Notes: a model not told the origin generated them from the sequence alone. A DNA stretch of 64,000 bases from Bacteroidales bacterium (GCA_017443175.1 JAFSOZ010000003.1:289892-353891), one strand, 5' to 3'; shown: positions 35,239-45,104, counted from the first letter of the stretch. Program-made: numbers and translations.

Positions 35239-37062
35239 ATGAATGACAACGAATTAAACAATCAACCCCAGATCATCACGGTCCAACCGGAATCCCGCGC
35301 AAGGAAATTCTGGCGGGTTGTGCTGGGATCCATGCTGGGATTCTTCTTTTCCATTGTACTGGTTTCTACGTTGTACACATGGATGCTTTTCAGCATGATT
35401 TCCACATTGTCCTCCGTAAACATGGAGAGTGTCAATGTGAAAGACAACAGTATTTTGAAAATCAATCTGACCCAGGGGATAACCGAACGGGCTGTCGAAT
35501 CTCCGTTTGACAAGTTCGACACCTACAATGTGCAGATTGGGCTGGATGACATTCTGGCCTCCATCAAGAATGCCGCATCCGATCCGAAAATCAAAGGCAT
35601 CTATATCAACTCTTCCACCGTAAATGCATCTCCTGCCTCGGTGAAAGAAATTCATGATGCGCTGCTTGAATTCAAGAAATCCGGCAAGTTCATCTACGCC
35701 TACAGTGACGTATTCGCCCAAAACGGCTATTATCTGGCATCTGTGGCCGACAAAATCATCCTCAACCCTGCCGGCTCTTTGGATTTCAAAGGCTATGCCA
35801 TGCAAATCATGTTCTACAAAGGTCTCATCGACAAACTGGATGTAGATGTGCAAGTGGTACGCCACGGACAATTCAAGAGTGCGGTTGAGCCCTATGTCCT
35901 GGATAAGATGAGCGAAGCCAATCGCGAGCAGCTGACTTTGCTGACCAACACGCTATGGAACGTGTTCATCAGCGATATCTCCGCATCTCGCAACATTCCA
36001 GCTGACAGTCTGAATGCCATCGCCGACAATCTGCTATGCGCCATGCCGAAGGATGCCTTGAAATTGAAGCTGGTAGATCAACTCGGGTATCCTGGCGACA
36101 TTGAAAAAATGCTGAAATCCAAACTCAACATCGACGAGGACGACAATCTCAACATCATTACGATCGACAAATACAAAAAATCCATCCAAAACAGCAACAA
36201 AAAAGCTTCTGACAAAATTGCTGTTGTATATGCGGTAGGCACTATAAGCGACGGTAAGGGCAACAACAGCAAAGGCATCTATTCCGAAAGCTTTATCAAA
36301 GAATTCAAAAAGGCCTATAAGGACAAGGATGTAAAGGCTATCGTATTGAGAATCAATTCTCCTGGAGGAAGTGCTTTGGCATCTGAGAACATCTGGAGGG
36401 AGATTGAGAATGCCAAAAAAGCGGGCAAGGTGGTGGTCACCTCCATGGGCGACTACGCTGCCTCCGGCGGCTATTACATCGCCTGTAATTCCAATTATAT
36501 CATCGCGCAACCCAACACACTGACAGGATCTATCGGCGTATTCGGCATGATCCCGTCTTTCCAGAATACCCTCAAAAACAAATTAGGCGTTACCATTGAC
36601 GGTGTGAAAACCAACAATCATGCGGATTATGGCACCGGTTTCCGTCCTATGGACGAAACCGAGTTGGCCGTATTGCAAAACTCTGTGGAAGACATCTATG
36701 CCACCTTCACCAAACGTGTGGCGGACGGTCGCAAGATGACCGTGGCGCAGGTGGATAGCATCGGGCAAGGCCGCGTATGGGCCGGTGCGGACGCCATCAA
36801 GATCGGACTTGTGGACAAGCTTGGTTCCCTGAACGACGCCATTGCCAAAGCTGCCCAACTGGCCAATATCTCAAATTACTCTTTAGTCTATTATCCCAAA
36901 CAACAAGACTGGTTCACGATGTTATTCGGTCAAGAAGATGAAGTGGACGCTGCTTTGAGAGCTAAACTGGGACGTCTCTACTTCACTTACGAAGGTCTGG
37001 AGCAATTGATGAACCAAGAGGGCGTGCAGGCCAGAATGCCAATGGAAATTTACATTTACTAA
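35239..37062 (+). CDS. sppA: Signal peptide peptidase SppA, 67K type
   Basis: 607 aa with an N-terminal TM helix and two ClpP/crotonase-like halves (...RINSPGGSALASE..., ...GDYAASGGYYIA...). Confidence 0.88.
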   Translation: MNDNELNNQPQIITVQPESRARKFWRVVLGSMLGFFFSIVLVSTLYTWMLFSMISTLSSVNMESVNVKDNSILKINLTQGITERAVESPFDKFDTYNVQIGLDDILASIKNAASDPKIKGIYINSSTVNASPASVKEIHDALLEFKKSGKFIYAYSDVFAQNGYYLASVADKIILNPAGSLDFKGYAMQIMFYKGLIDKLDVDVQVVRHGQFKSAVEPYVLDKMSEANREQLTLLTNTLWNVFISDISASRNIPADSLNAIADNLLCAMPKDALKLKLVDQLGYPGDIEKMLKSKLNIDEDDNLNIITIDKYKKSIQNSNKKASDKIAVVYAVGTISDGKGNNSKGIYSESFIKEFKKAYKDKDVKAIVLRINSPGGSALASENIWREIENAKKAGKVVVTSMGDYAASGGYYIACNSNYIIAQPNTLTGSIGVFGMIPSFQNTLKNKLGVTIDGVKTNNHADYGTGFRPMDETELAVLQNSVEDIYATFTKRVADGRKMTVAQVDSIGQGRVWAGADAIKIGLVDKLGSLNDAIAKAAQLANISNYSLVYYPKQQDWFTMLFGQEDEVDAALRAKLGRLYFTYEGLEQLMNQEGVQARMPMEIYIY

Positions 37063-37081
37063 CTCTCTAAAGTTTTTTATT

Positions 37082-37891
37082 ATGAATGCAGAAATTTTAT
37101 CCTCCGCTTTTTACATATATTTATATGTGATGATCGGCATTGCCGCCGTGGTATTCGTCTCCCTGTATTTTGTCGATGCCAGCTATGGTGCTTTCACAAA
37201 AAAAACTTGGGGTAAGACCATCAACAACAAACTGGCCTGGTTCCTCATGGAATTCCCCATCTTTCTGGCCATGATTATAATCTGGTTGTGTTCCCCGCAC
37301 CGGTTTGAAATAGTGCCCATGGTCTTCTTGCTCATTTTTGAGATACATTACTTCCAGAGATCCCTGATTTTCCCATGGATAATGAAAGGGAAAAAGAGCC
37401 AGATGTCACTGTCCGTGATGTTCATGGGCATTGCTTTCAACATCCTGAATGCCATGATGCAGGGTTATTGGATCTTTTTCGAATCCTTCAAGTGCAACTA
37501 CCACGTTCTTGGCCTGTCCTACACAGACCTTGCCTGGCTGAAATCGCCACAGTTTATCATCGGTGTGTGCATTTTCTTTATCGGATTCTTCATCAATCTG
37601 CGTTCCGACTATATCATCCGTCACCTGCGCAAGAACGACGATGACAACAAGCACTATCTGCCGAAGGGCTTCATGTTCGAGTATGTCACCAGCGCCAACT
37701 ATCTGGGAGAACTCACCGAGTGGTTAGGATTTGCCATTCTCACATGGTCGCTATCCGGTCTTGTGTTCTTCATCTGGACATTTGCCAACCTGGTGCCGCG
37801 CGCCCATGCTATCTACAAACGGTACAAGACTGAGTTCGGTCCTGAGATGGAAGCCAAGAAGCTGAAGAGAGTGTTTCCGTTCATCTATTAA
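37082..37891 (+). CDS. 3-oxo-5-alpha-steroid 4-dehydrogenase (SRD5A / steroid 5-alpha-reductase) family membrane protein
   Basis: HYFQRSLIFPW...NLRSDYIIRHLRK...HYLPKGFMFEYVTSANYLGELTEWLGFAI...PRAHAIYKRYKTEFG...VFPFIY. Confidence 0.8.
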   Translation: MNAEILSSAFYIYLYVMIGIAAVVFVSLYFVDASYGAFTKKTWGKTINNKLAWFLMEFPIFLAMIIIWLCSPHRFEIVPMVFLLIFEIHYFQRSLIFPWIMKGKKSQMSLSVMFMGIAFNILNAMMQGYWIFFESFKCNYHVLGLSYTDLAWLKSPQFIIGVCIFFIGFFINLRSDYIIRHLRKNDDDNKHYLPKGFMFEYVTSANYLGELTEWLGFAILTWSLSGLVFFIWTFANLVPRAHAIYKRYKTEFGPEMEAKKLKRVFPFIY

Positions 37892-37915
37892 TTTTTCTGA
37901 AAGTGCCTGAATAAA

Positions 37916-39172
37916 ATGGATATAGAACATATCTACGCACAATATCTATCGCATCCGCAGATTTGCACCGACACACGCAACATCGTCCCTGACAGCATAT
38001 TCGTATGTCTCAAAGGCGAGCGTTTCGACGGCAACCAGTTTGCCTTGACGGCACTGGACCAGGGCGCGGCGTATGTCATCACCGAGAACAGTGCACTGGC
38101 GGACAACCCGCGCTGCATAGTGGTGGAGAACAGTCTGGAGACTCTGCAACAACTGGCCGCCTACCATCGGCAACAGCTCTCCATCCCCGTCATCGGCATC
38201 ACAGGCACCAACGGAAAGACCACCACCAAAGAGTTGGTTTCCACTGTGTTGGCAAAAAAATTCCGCACCGCCTACACCAAGGGCAACCTCAACAACCACA
38301 TAGGCGTTCCTCTGACATTGCTCTCGATAAAGCCATCGGATGAAATTGCCATCGTGGAGATGGGAGCCAACCATCCGGGCGAAATTGCCGACCTGTGCGC
38401 CATCGCACGCCCCAACTACGGACTCATCACCAATGTAGGGAAAGCTCACATCGAAGGTTTCGGCTCCGAAGCGGAGATTGTCCACACCAAAAAGGCACTT
38501 TATCGCTCCGTCATTGGCGACCATGGGACCTTATTCGTCAACATCAACGACCAGAAGCTTCGCGACGGGTTGGACTATGACAAAGTAGTCTATTATGCTG
38601 AAGGCGGCGAAGACAACATCGTGAGCATGTCGCCCTACCTGCGCATACGTGTGGCAGGACATGAGGTTGACACTCATCTGACCGGCAGTTACAACATTTA
38701 CAATTTCCTGGCTGCCGCAGCCGTGGGGCGCTTTTTTGGAGTCAGCGACAAACAGATTGCCGAAGCGCTGGGCCAATACGAGCCCTCCAACCATCGTTCG
38801 CAGGTGAACAAAATCGGCACCAACGTCATTATCTCCGACTATTACAACGCCAACCCCACCAGTATGGAGGCAGCAGTACGGAACCTCGCCAAATTGGACC
38901 ATCCCCACAAGCTTGCCATCTTGGGAGACATGCGCGAACTGGGACCTGTGAGCCGCGAGGAGCATCTGAAAATCATCCAACTGTGCGAGGAGATGCATCT
39001 GAAGGCAATCTTTGTCGGTTCCGAGTTCAGTGCCCACCATCCGGAGCAATGCTACCCTGATGCAGAAGCACTCAACGAAGCACTGAAAGCGCAACCCGTC
39101 TCCGACTCCCTGATTCTGGTCAAGGGCTCCAACAGTATGCATTTGGACAAGTTAACTGCGCTATTGCAATGA
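37916..39172 (+). CDS. murF: UDP-N-acetylmuramoyl-tripeptide--D-alanyl-D-alanine ligase
   Basis: VIGITGTNGKTTTKEL, with Mur ligase middle and C-terminal domains. Confidence 0.9.
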   Translation: MDIEHIYAQYLSHPQICTDTRNIVPDSIFVCLKGERFDGNQFALTALDQGAAYVITENSALADNPRCIVVENSLETLQQLAAYHRQQLSIPVIGITGTNGKTTTKELVSTVLAKKFRTAYTKGNLNNHIGVPLTLLSIKPSDEIAIVEMGANHPGEIADLCAIARPNYGLITNVGKAHIEGFGSEAEIVHTKKALYRSVIGDHGTLFVNINDQKLRDGLDYDKVVYYAEGGEDNIVSMSPYLRIRVAGHEVDTHLTGSYNIYNFLAAAAVGRFFGVSDKQIAEALGQYEPSNHRSQVNKIGTNVIISDYYNANPTSMEAAVRNLAKLDHPHKLAILGDMRELGPVSREEHLKIIQLCEEMHLKAIFVGSEFSAHHPEQCYPDAEALNEALKAQPVSDSLILVKGSNSMHLDKLTALLQ

Positions 39173-40233
39173 GCAAAGGCTACCGCAGCGGCATAGGCGT
39201 GATGTCCGGAACCTCGTTGGATGGGCTGGACTTGGCTTGGTGTTCCTTCGAAAAAGAAGATACCGGCTGGCGATACCGCATTGAAAAAGCCTGCACCATA
39301 CCTTACGAGTCAGCATTCCAAGAACGGCTATCCAATGCCACCCTGCTGTCCGCATTGGATTATGCGCAGCTGAATGTGGACTTGGGCACGATGATAGCTG
39401 ACAACATCAATGAATGGATTGGCCACGAAGGCAAGCCAGACTTCATCGCCTCACACGGACATACAGTGTTTCATCAGCCCGCACAGGGGCTCACTACGCA
39501 GATAGGAAGCGGAGCCGTTATCGCTGCACGAACAGGCATAACAACCGTTTGCGACTTCCGCACCTTGGATGTGGCATTAGGCGGTCAAGGCGCTCCATTG
39601 GTCCCTATCGGCGACGCCCTGCTCTTCGGGCAGTATGATGCCTGCCTCAACCTCGGCGGTTTCTGCAACATATCCTTTCAGAATGAGGACAGACGCGTGG
39701 CCTTTGACATTTCGCCCTGCAACATGGCCATGAATCGTATAGCCAATCTCTTGGGCAAACCATACGACGAGGACGGCAACATTGCACGCAACGGGCAATC
39801 CATCCCAGAGCTTCTACTGCAACTCAATCAGTTGGAGTATTACAATCAGTCTTATCCGAAATCCTTGGGCAAAGAGTGGTTTGAACAACAGTTTTTGCCG
39901 TTGCTTCACGACTTTGAAAAACATCATTCTGCAGCAGACACACTCCACACCTTGGTGCTGCATATATCTGAACAGATTGCCCGCATCATTCCCTCTGCCG
40001 CCAAAACCCTGCTGGCGACGGGCGGAGGCGCGCTCAACAAATTCCTGATTCAGAACATTCAAGAAAGATGGGGAGGCAAAATTATCGTACCAGACCCCCT
40101 CACCGTCAATTTCAAAGAGGCATTGGTTTTCGCATTTCTAGGCCTGTTGCGTTTGCGGGGTGAAAAGAATTGTTTGGCAAGTGTAACAGGTGCAAAACAA
40201 GACAATTGCGGTGGCACTGTTTATTTTGTTTAA
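39169..40233 (+). CDS. anmK: Anhydro-N-acetylmuramic acid kinase
   Basis: GVMSGTSLDGLDLA...FIASHGHTVFHQP...GGGALN. ATGA overlap with murF. Confidence 0.88.
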   Translation: MSKGYRSGIGVMSGTSLDGLDLAWCSFEKEDTGWRYRIEKACTIPYESAFQERLSNATLLSALDYAQLNVDLGTMIADNINEWIGHEGKPDFIASHGHTVFHQPAQGLTTQIGSGAVIAARTGITTVCDFRTLDVALGGQGAPLVPIGDALLFGQYDACLNLGGFCNISFQNEDRRVAFDISPCNMAMNRIANLLGKPYDEDGNIARNGQSIPELLLQLNQLEYYNQSYPKSLGKEWFEQQFLPLLHDFEKHHSAADTLHTLVLHISEQIARIIPSAAKTLLATGGGALNKFLIQNIQERWGGKIIVPDPLTVNFKEALVFAFLGLLRLRGEKNCLASVTGAKQDNCGGTVYFV

Positions 40234-40295
40234 AAAAATTAAAACGTACAATATTTTTTTACCTCATCACGTTGCGATTTATAGAAAAAAAATAG

Positions 40296-40303
40296 TACTT
40301 TTG
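40296..40303 (+). promoter_or_regulatory. -7 promoter box TACTTTTG for the TonB-like gene
   Basis: TAnnTTTG match 48 nt upstream of ATG 40351. Confidence 0.5.
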
Positions 40304-40350
40304 CCGTGCTAATTATGTTAAGAGTAATAACCTTATAAATCATCATAATT

Positions 40351-41037
40351 ATGATTACGAAGAAAACCGACAAAGGAAACCTGGAAAACAAGAGAACTCT
40401 GTTTCTCTTATTGGGTTTCGTAGTTGTATTAGGCTTGGTTTATGCCGGATTTGAGCTTTTTGCCAATGAAGACAAGGCTCCCGCATTCACCATCACCGAT
40501 GACGACTTCATTGAAGTGAAAGATGAGGATGTCATTGCCACTGACCAAACACCTCCCCCGCCACCAGAGCAGCCGCAGCAGCAACAAGCTGTAGTGCTGA
40601 ACATTGTGGAAGACAACATCAAGGTGAGCACGGATTTCGATTTCGGCCAGGACGTATTTGAAGACGAGGCCATCGCAGAAATTGACGATGTGGTGGAAGT
40701 CGTGGAAGATGTGGAAGATGCCGCACCTCCCGTATATTTCACTGAGGAAATGCCTGAGTATCCTGGCGGTATGGAAGCACTGAACTCTTTCCTTTCCAGA
40801 GAGATTCAGTATCCTGAAGTGGCCAGAAACAATGGTATCATGGGCACCGTGCTGATTGAGTTCGTCGTGGAACGCGATGGTCGCGTGAGCAACGCCAAGG
40901 TGAAAGTGCCGTTGTATCCCGACTGCGACAAGGAGGCCGTTCGCGGTATCATGGCTATGCCGAAGTGGAAACCCGGTAAGAACATGGGCAAGCCCGTACG
41001 CTGTTTCTATCAGGTGCCTGTCACTTTCAGAATGTAA
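40351..41037 (+). CDS. Energy transducer TonB family protein
   Basis: N-terminal TM helix, Pro/Gln-rich spacer TPPPPPEQPQQQQ, and a C-terminal TonB domain (PEYPGGMEALNSFLSREIQYPEVARNNGIMGTVLIEFVVERDG). Confidence 0.85.
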   Translation: MITKKTDKGNLENKRTLFLLLGFVVVLGLVYAGFELFANEDKAPAFTITDDDFIEVKDEDVIATDQTPPPPPEQPQQQQAVVLNIVEDNIKVSTDFDFGQDVFEDEAIAEIDDVVEVVEDVEDAAPPVYFTEEMPEYPGGMEALNSFLSREIQYPEVARNNGIMGTVLIEFVVERDGRVSNAKVKVPLYPDCDKEAVRGIMAMPKWKPGKNMGKPVRCFYQVPVTFRM

Positions 41038-41061
41038 GACTGAATGTTTTCAATGATAAAG

Positions 41062-41088
41062 AAAAGGGGAACTTGATGTTCCCCTTTT
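41062..41088. terminator. Bidirectional rho-independent terminator
   Basis: aaaaggggaac-ttgat-gttcccctttt between the convergent TonB-like and 41089-41832 genes. Confidence 0.75.
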
Positions 41089-41832
41089 TTATTTCGCTGC
41101 AAACACATCCCAACCGTTGGCTTCCAACACCTCCTGCGCTTCGGCGTTCTGCATAATGCTGCCCCCATACTCATTGAAATCGAAATTATGAGGAGACGTG
41201 AACCATCGATTTACATTCATATCCAATGCAATGTCCATAACATCGCCCTTTGAAAGGGTCTTTTGAGTCAAGGGCAAAGTCACCATGAACGAATGCTCGA
41301 GCGTGTCCCCTTCGGCGGTCATCACACGGCCCGAGTGCAAGTTGAACGGATGGGCGGTCCCGTCCGGAGCCAGCCAGCGGCCATTGATTTTCATGTAGTG
41401 GTAGCCACCGCCGAGCACCGCCGGCCAGCTCATGTTGTTCTCCGGCGCATCCGTGTAGGCATGCATGACATTGAGCTCCGGAGCCAGGCCGAACACAAAA
41501 GACACGGATGTGTATGTGCCCGCAGGCAGCTCATCATTAGGCAGCCAATCCAAGGTGCCCGGAATGTCCGCATCCACGTAATGGGCACGCTTGTCAGACT
41601 TTATCGCGTATTGCGTGCCGTCCGACTTCGTCAAAATCACATTTGAAACAAAATATTGAGCCTCTGTAACCTCATATCGGTTTCCTGCCGCATTCTGATA
41701 CAACATGGTGTCCTGTTGCATCTCATCGCCATCTACAGAGAAAGAAAAATGCAACCTGACTGTACCCGTGGGATTCTGACAGGATGCACATAGCAAGACC
41801 AGCAATATCAACCCTGAAATTCTACCATTCAT
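41089..41832 (-). CDS. Lipoprotein, possibly MbnP-family (metal-binding) protein
   Basis: Lipobox LLCASC. The pattern ...AGNRYEVTEAQYFVSNVILTKSDGT...YTSVSFVFGLAPELN...MSWPAVLGGGYHYMKINGRW recalls MbnP-like proteins. This is from memory only. Confidence 0.45.
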   Translation of the reverse strand: MNGRISGLILLVLLCASCQNPTGTVRLHFSFSVDGDEMQQDTMLYQNAAGNRYEVTEAQYFVSNVILTKSDGTQYAIKSDKRAHYVDADIPGTLDWLPNDELPAGTYTSVSFVFGLAPELNVMHAYTDAPENNMSWPAVLGGGYHYMKINGRWLAPDGTAHPFNLHSGRVMTAEGDTLEHSFMVTLPLTQKTLSKGDVMDIALDMNVNRWFTSPHNFDFNEYGGSIMQNAEAQEVLEANGWDVFAAK

Positions 41833-42376
41833 CTTCGAAGACTTCTGGTGGCAGCATGCCCTCTTCCAGGGAATTGATCAGCTTTTTAATCTGCTCATCG
41901 ATCTGATTCAGCCATTCGTACTGAGACGGAGACCAATAGGGGCTGTCGGTCTTGAACCAGTTCTCAATGGGAGCAGCGGCAGCGGCCTTTTCATTAAAGT
42001 TGGTAATGGTATAACGATAACGTCCTTCGCGGCATTCGAGTTTGAAAGTGTAATAAACTATATTCTTCTGCATCATGGTGCCATCCTTCTGCTTGGAAAA
42101 GATACGGACGCTGGAGCGCATCTCTATCACACACTTGTCAGCATCGGACACTTTGATAACCTCGGCTGTGTTTTTATAATATTTTTTCACCCACGTCAAG
42201 GCTCTGTCGTAAAGCACTTGGGGTGTGCCTTCCTGTTTTACCACATCCTGATACGTCACCAAGTTGGTCCGCTCGTCGATAGGGAGATCCGGAACCGGGA
42301 GTTGGGAAGGCTTCTGGGCGTATGCGACAGCTACAATCACCAGCAAAGTCGCGAACATTGCAATCTTTTTCATCAT
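41822..42376 (-). CDS. DUF4468-like secreted protein
   Basis: Signal peptide ...VAYAQ, then ...VTYQDVVKQEGTPQVLYDRALTWVKKYY...YYTFKLECREGRYRYTITNF. Overlaps the next gene by 11 nt. Confidence 0.6.
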   Translation of the reverse strand: MMKKIAMFATLLVIVAVAYAQKPSQLPVPDLPIDERTNLVTYQDVVKQEGTPQVLYDRALTWVKKYYKNTAEVIKVSDADKCVIEMRSSVRIFSKQKDGTMMQKNIVYYTFKLECREGRYRYTITNFNEKAAAAAPIENWFKTDSPYWSPSQYEWLNQIDEQIKKLINSLEEGMLPPEVFEDEW

Positions 42377-42377
42377 C

Positions 42378-42866
42378 TTACTTTCTGATTAAGGTTTGAA
42401 AATACAAATCGAATTGGTTTTTCTCGTCTTTCGGAACAAATTCACTGTCTGTTAACGTCCATTCCCCTTCATTTATTGCCGGAAAATAAACGTCAGCGGT
42501 GAAGGCGGACGCTATTCTGGTAAGGTAAAGTTTATCAGCGTACGGTAAAAAAAGACGATACATCGTGGCACCTCCCATTACGAAAGCCTCTTCCTCATCC
42601 TGTACCAGCGCAAGAGCATCTTCTATGGAATGCACCGTTTCACAATCCGGAAAAGAGATATCATCCAATGTAATCACGATATTTCTTCTGTTGGGAAGCG
42701 GTTTTTTCGGAAGAGACTCCCAGGTCCTGTCGCCCATCATGACCGCATGGCCGGAGGTAATCTCCTTGAAATGCTTGAGATCAACGGGCAAATGGCATAG
42801 CAGCTGGTTTTTATAGCCGAGTTCAAGATTCTCGCCCACTGCGGCGATCATGCTGATATTTTTCAT
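42378..42866 (-). CDS. folA: Dihydrofolate reductase
   Basis: MKNISMIAAVGENLELGYKNQLLCHLPVDLKHFKEITSGHAVMMGDRTWESLP. The track start 42875 is TTG; the first ATG is 42866. Confidence 0.9.
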   Translation of the reverse strand: MKNISMIAAVGENLELGYKNQLLCHLPVDLKHFKEITSGHAVMMGDRTWESLPKKPLPNRRNIVITLDDISFPDCETVHSIEDALALVQDEEEAFVMGGATMYRLFLPYADKLYLTRIASAFTADVYFPAINEGEWTLTDSEFVPKDEKNQFDLYFQTLIRK

Positions 42867-42926
42867 TGCATTCAATATTTGGTTTCTAATTCAGGGCTGG
42901 CTGAAAATCACAGGAGAACGCCCTCA

Positions 42927-43547
42927 TCACTTCTGATTTGCGCCGATTATTTCATCAATCACGCGTAATACATGGTCGATTTTATCCTCAAAGCAGAGTT
43001 CTGCGTTGATAATGCGCAGTACAGGATGTCCTTTCCATGCGGCGATGAGATTGTCGTCCACTACGCGGGCCAGTTCGAGGGACTCGGAGCGGCAGTTGTT
43101 GTTCTGTCGGGTATAGAACTGCTCGGCACCTTTGGCGGCAGTGCAAATGTGGAGCACTGCCTCATAGCGTTTGTCGCGCAGGGTTTCGGTGGTCCCTCCC
43201 ACCGCATCCATCACATGCTGCCACACATCGTGGTCCATATAGGCCGCCGTATCCATGGTGCCCCGGTCACAGACCAGCAGAGCAGGCTTGTCGCCCGCAG
43301 CGGCAATCCGCGTAATGCAGTCTTCCATGACCATTTGAAACTGTAGTTTGTTGGATTCTGTGGTGAACGAGAGATCAGCATCTTTGGTCAGGAAGTCAGC
43401 ACCAGCCTCAATGAAGAGCGTGGCGGACTCGGGCAGGGTGAAGACTGCGTAGCCCAGGTTGGAGTATTTGTTTTGTATCCGTTTGAGAATAGTGGATTTG
43501 CCGGCGCAAGGGCCGCCTGTGAGTACGATTCGGGTGATTTTTGGCAT
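42927..43547 (-). CDS. P-loop NTPase (AAA_28-like ATPase/kinase)
   Basis: [18 protein letters not shown] Walker A, about 200 aa. The specific function is not recognisable. Confidence 0.7.
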   Translation of the reverse strand: MPKITRIVLTGGPCAGKSTILKRIQNKYSNLGYAVFTLPESATLFIEAGADFLTKDADLSFTTESNKLQFQMVMEDCITRIAAAGDKPALLVCDRGTMDTAAYMDHDVWQHVMDAVGGTTETLRDKRYEAVLHICTAAKGAEQFYTRQNNNCRSESLELARVVDDNLIAAWKGHPVLRIINAELCFEDKIDHVLRVIDEIIGANQK

Positions 43548-43573
43548 ATCAGAGAGGCTTCAAAAGAATGGAG

Positions 43574-43581
43574 CAAAAGTA
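43574..43581 (-). promoter_or_regulatory. -7 promoter box TACTTTTG (minus)
   Basis: Plus-strand caaaagta, 27 nt upstream of ATG 43547. Confidence 0.5.
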
Positions 43582-43636
43582 CACAATATTTCCCAATTCC
43601 GCACGTCATCGGGCAACATTCTTATCGCATTTTTTG

Positions 43637-43644
43637 TACTTTTG
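43637..43644 (+). promoter_or_regulatory. -7 promoter box TACTTTTG for smpB
   Basis: 16 nt upstream of ATG 43660. Confidence 0.5.
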
Positions 43645-43659
43645 CAAATTGTTGAAGCT

Positions 43660-44121
43660 ATGAGTAAGAATACCAACACATCACAGATAGAGATCAAGAA
43701 CAGGAAGGCTGACTACCAGTACTTTCTGCTCACCTCATACACAGCCGGCATTGTGCTCACCGGCACGGAGATCAAGTCTATACGCGCGGGCAAGGCCAAC
43801 ATCACGGATGCTTACTGTTCTTTCATCCAGAACGAGCTGTGGGTACACAACATGCACATCAGCGAGTATGCGAACGGCAGCTACAACAACCATCAGCCCA
43901 AGCGCGACCGCAAGCTGCTGCTCACCAAAAAGGAGATGCGCAAGCTGCTGAGCAAGCTCAACGAGCGCGGTTTCACCATCGTACCCACCCTGCTGTGGAT
44001 TAACGAAAAAGGCTATGCCAAATTGGACATTTCCCTGGCCAAGGGAAAGAAATTATATGACAAACGCGAGAGCATCAAAGAGAAAGATGAGCGCCGCAGA
44101 AAACAGATGGAGGATGAATAA
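43660..44121 (+). CDS. smpB: SsrA-binding protein
   Basis: [42 protein letters not shown]...[15 protein letters not shown] 43660 lies inside the longer track ORF. Confidence 0.92.
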   Translation: MSKNTNTSQIEIKNRKADYQYFLLTSYTAGIVLTGTEIKSIRAGKANITDAYCSFIQNELWVHNMHISEYANGSYNNHQPKRDRKLLLTKKEMRKLLSKLNERGFTIVPTLLWINEKGYAKLDISLAKGKKLYDKRESIKEKDERRRKQMEDE

Positions 44122-44498
44122 TGAATGACGAGATGACTGACAGCAGTGGCTATCTGCCGCTGCCGGAATCGTTCGATTCCAAGGAGAAAATTTACTACAG
44201 CATGGGCGAGACCTGCGAAATTTTCAATCTGCCCGCCTCCACGCTCCGTTTCTGGGAGAAGGAATTCGACGTGCTGAAGCCGCGCAAGAACAAAAAGGGC
44301 GACCGTTTCTTCTCCAAAAACGACATCTCCCTGATCCGCACTATTCATTACCTCACCAAGGTGAAAGGCTACACGCTGCAGGGTGCCCGCGATGCCATCA
44401 AGGGCAACCTCATCAAAGAGGCCGACAACGCCGCCATTATCGCATCCCTGACCGAGATCAAGGAGATGCTGCTGAAAATCAAGAAAGAAATCGATTAA
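44121..44498 (+). CDS. MerR family transcriptional regulator
   Basis: YSMGETCEIFNLPASTLRFWEKEFDVLKPRKNKKGDRFFSKNDISLIRTIHYL. TAATG overlap with smpB. Confidence 0.8.
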   Translation: MNDEMTDSSGYLPLPESFDSKEKIYYSMGETCEIFNLPASTLRFWEKEFDVLKPRKNKKGDRFFSKNDISLIRTIHYLTKVKGYTLQGARDAIKGNLIKEADNAAIIASLTEIKEMLLKIKKEID

Positions 44499-44510
44499 GG
44501 AGCCGACCGG

Positions 44511-45083
44511 CTATTTTTTCAGAAACTCCATCAGTTTCTGCATGGCGCGTGCGCGGTGGCTGATGCTGTTTTTCAACTCATCGCCCATTTCCGCGAAAGT
44601 CTGGTCGTAGCCGTCGGGCATAAAGACCGGATCGTAGCCAAAGCCTGATGCACCGCGCTGTGTCTCAATGATGGTGCCATCTACCCGACCTTCAAACAGA
44701 TGTGTTTCACCGTCCAAAATCAAAGCAATCACCGTTTTGAAGCAGGCTTTGCGGTTGGTCATGCCTTGCATTTCCGCCAGCAATTTGTTCACATTGTCCT
44801 GATAGGTGCAATGTTCACCGGCATAACGAGCAGAATAGACACCTGGACGACCGTCCAGAGCCTCGACTTCCAATCCCGTGTCATCGGCAAAGCAGTTGGC
44901 GTGGAAATGGTCAGCCACATACTGGGCTTTTTGCAGGGCATTGCCCGGAAGCGTGTCGGCCGTCTCGGGGATCTCCTCCTCGCAACCGATGTCGTGCAGA
45001 TTTTTCAACGTCCAATCATCACCTAAGATAGCCCTTGCCTCTTGGGTCTTGTGCTGGTTATGTGTAGCGAAAATTATCTCCAT
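44511..45083 (-). CDS. rdgB: Non-canonical purine NTP pyrophosphatase (RdgB/HAM1)
   Basis: [20 protein letters not shown]...[14 protein letters not shown]...[23 protein letters not shown]...GFGYDPVF. Confidence 0.9.
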   Translation of the reverse strand: MEIIFATHNQHKTQEARAILGDDWTLKNLHDIGCEEEIPETADTLPGNALQKAQYVADHFHANCFADDTGLEVEALDGRPGVYSARYAGEHCTYQDNVNKLLAEMQGMTNRKACFKTVIALILDGETHLFEGRVDGTIIETQRGASGFGYDPVFMPDGYDQTFAEMGDELKNSISHRARAMQKLMEFLKK

Positions 45084-45104
45084 ATTATAAACATAAAAAG
45101 ATGG

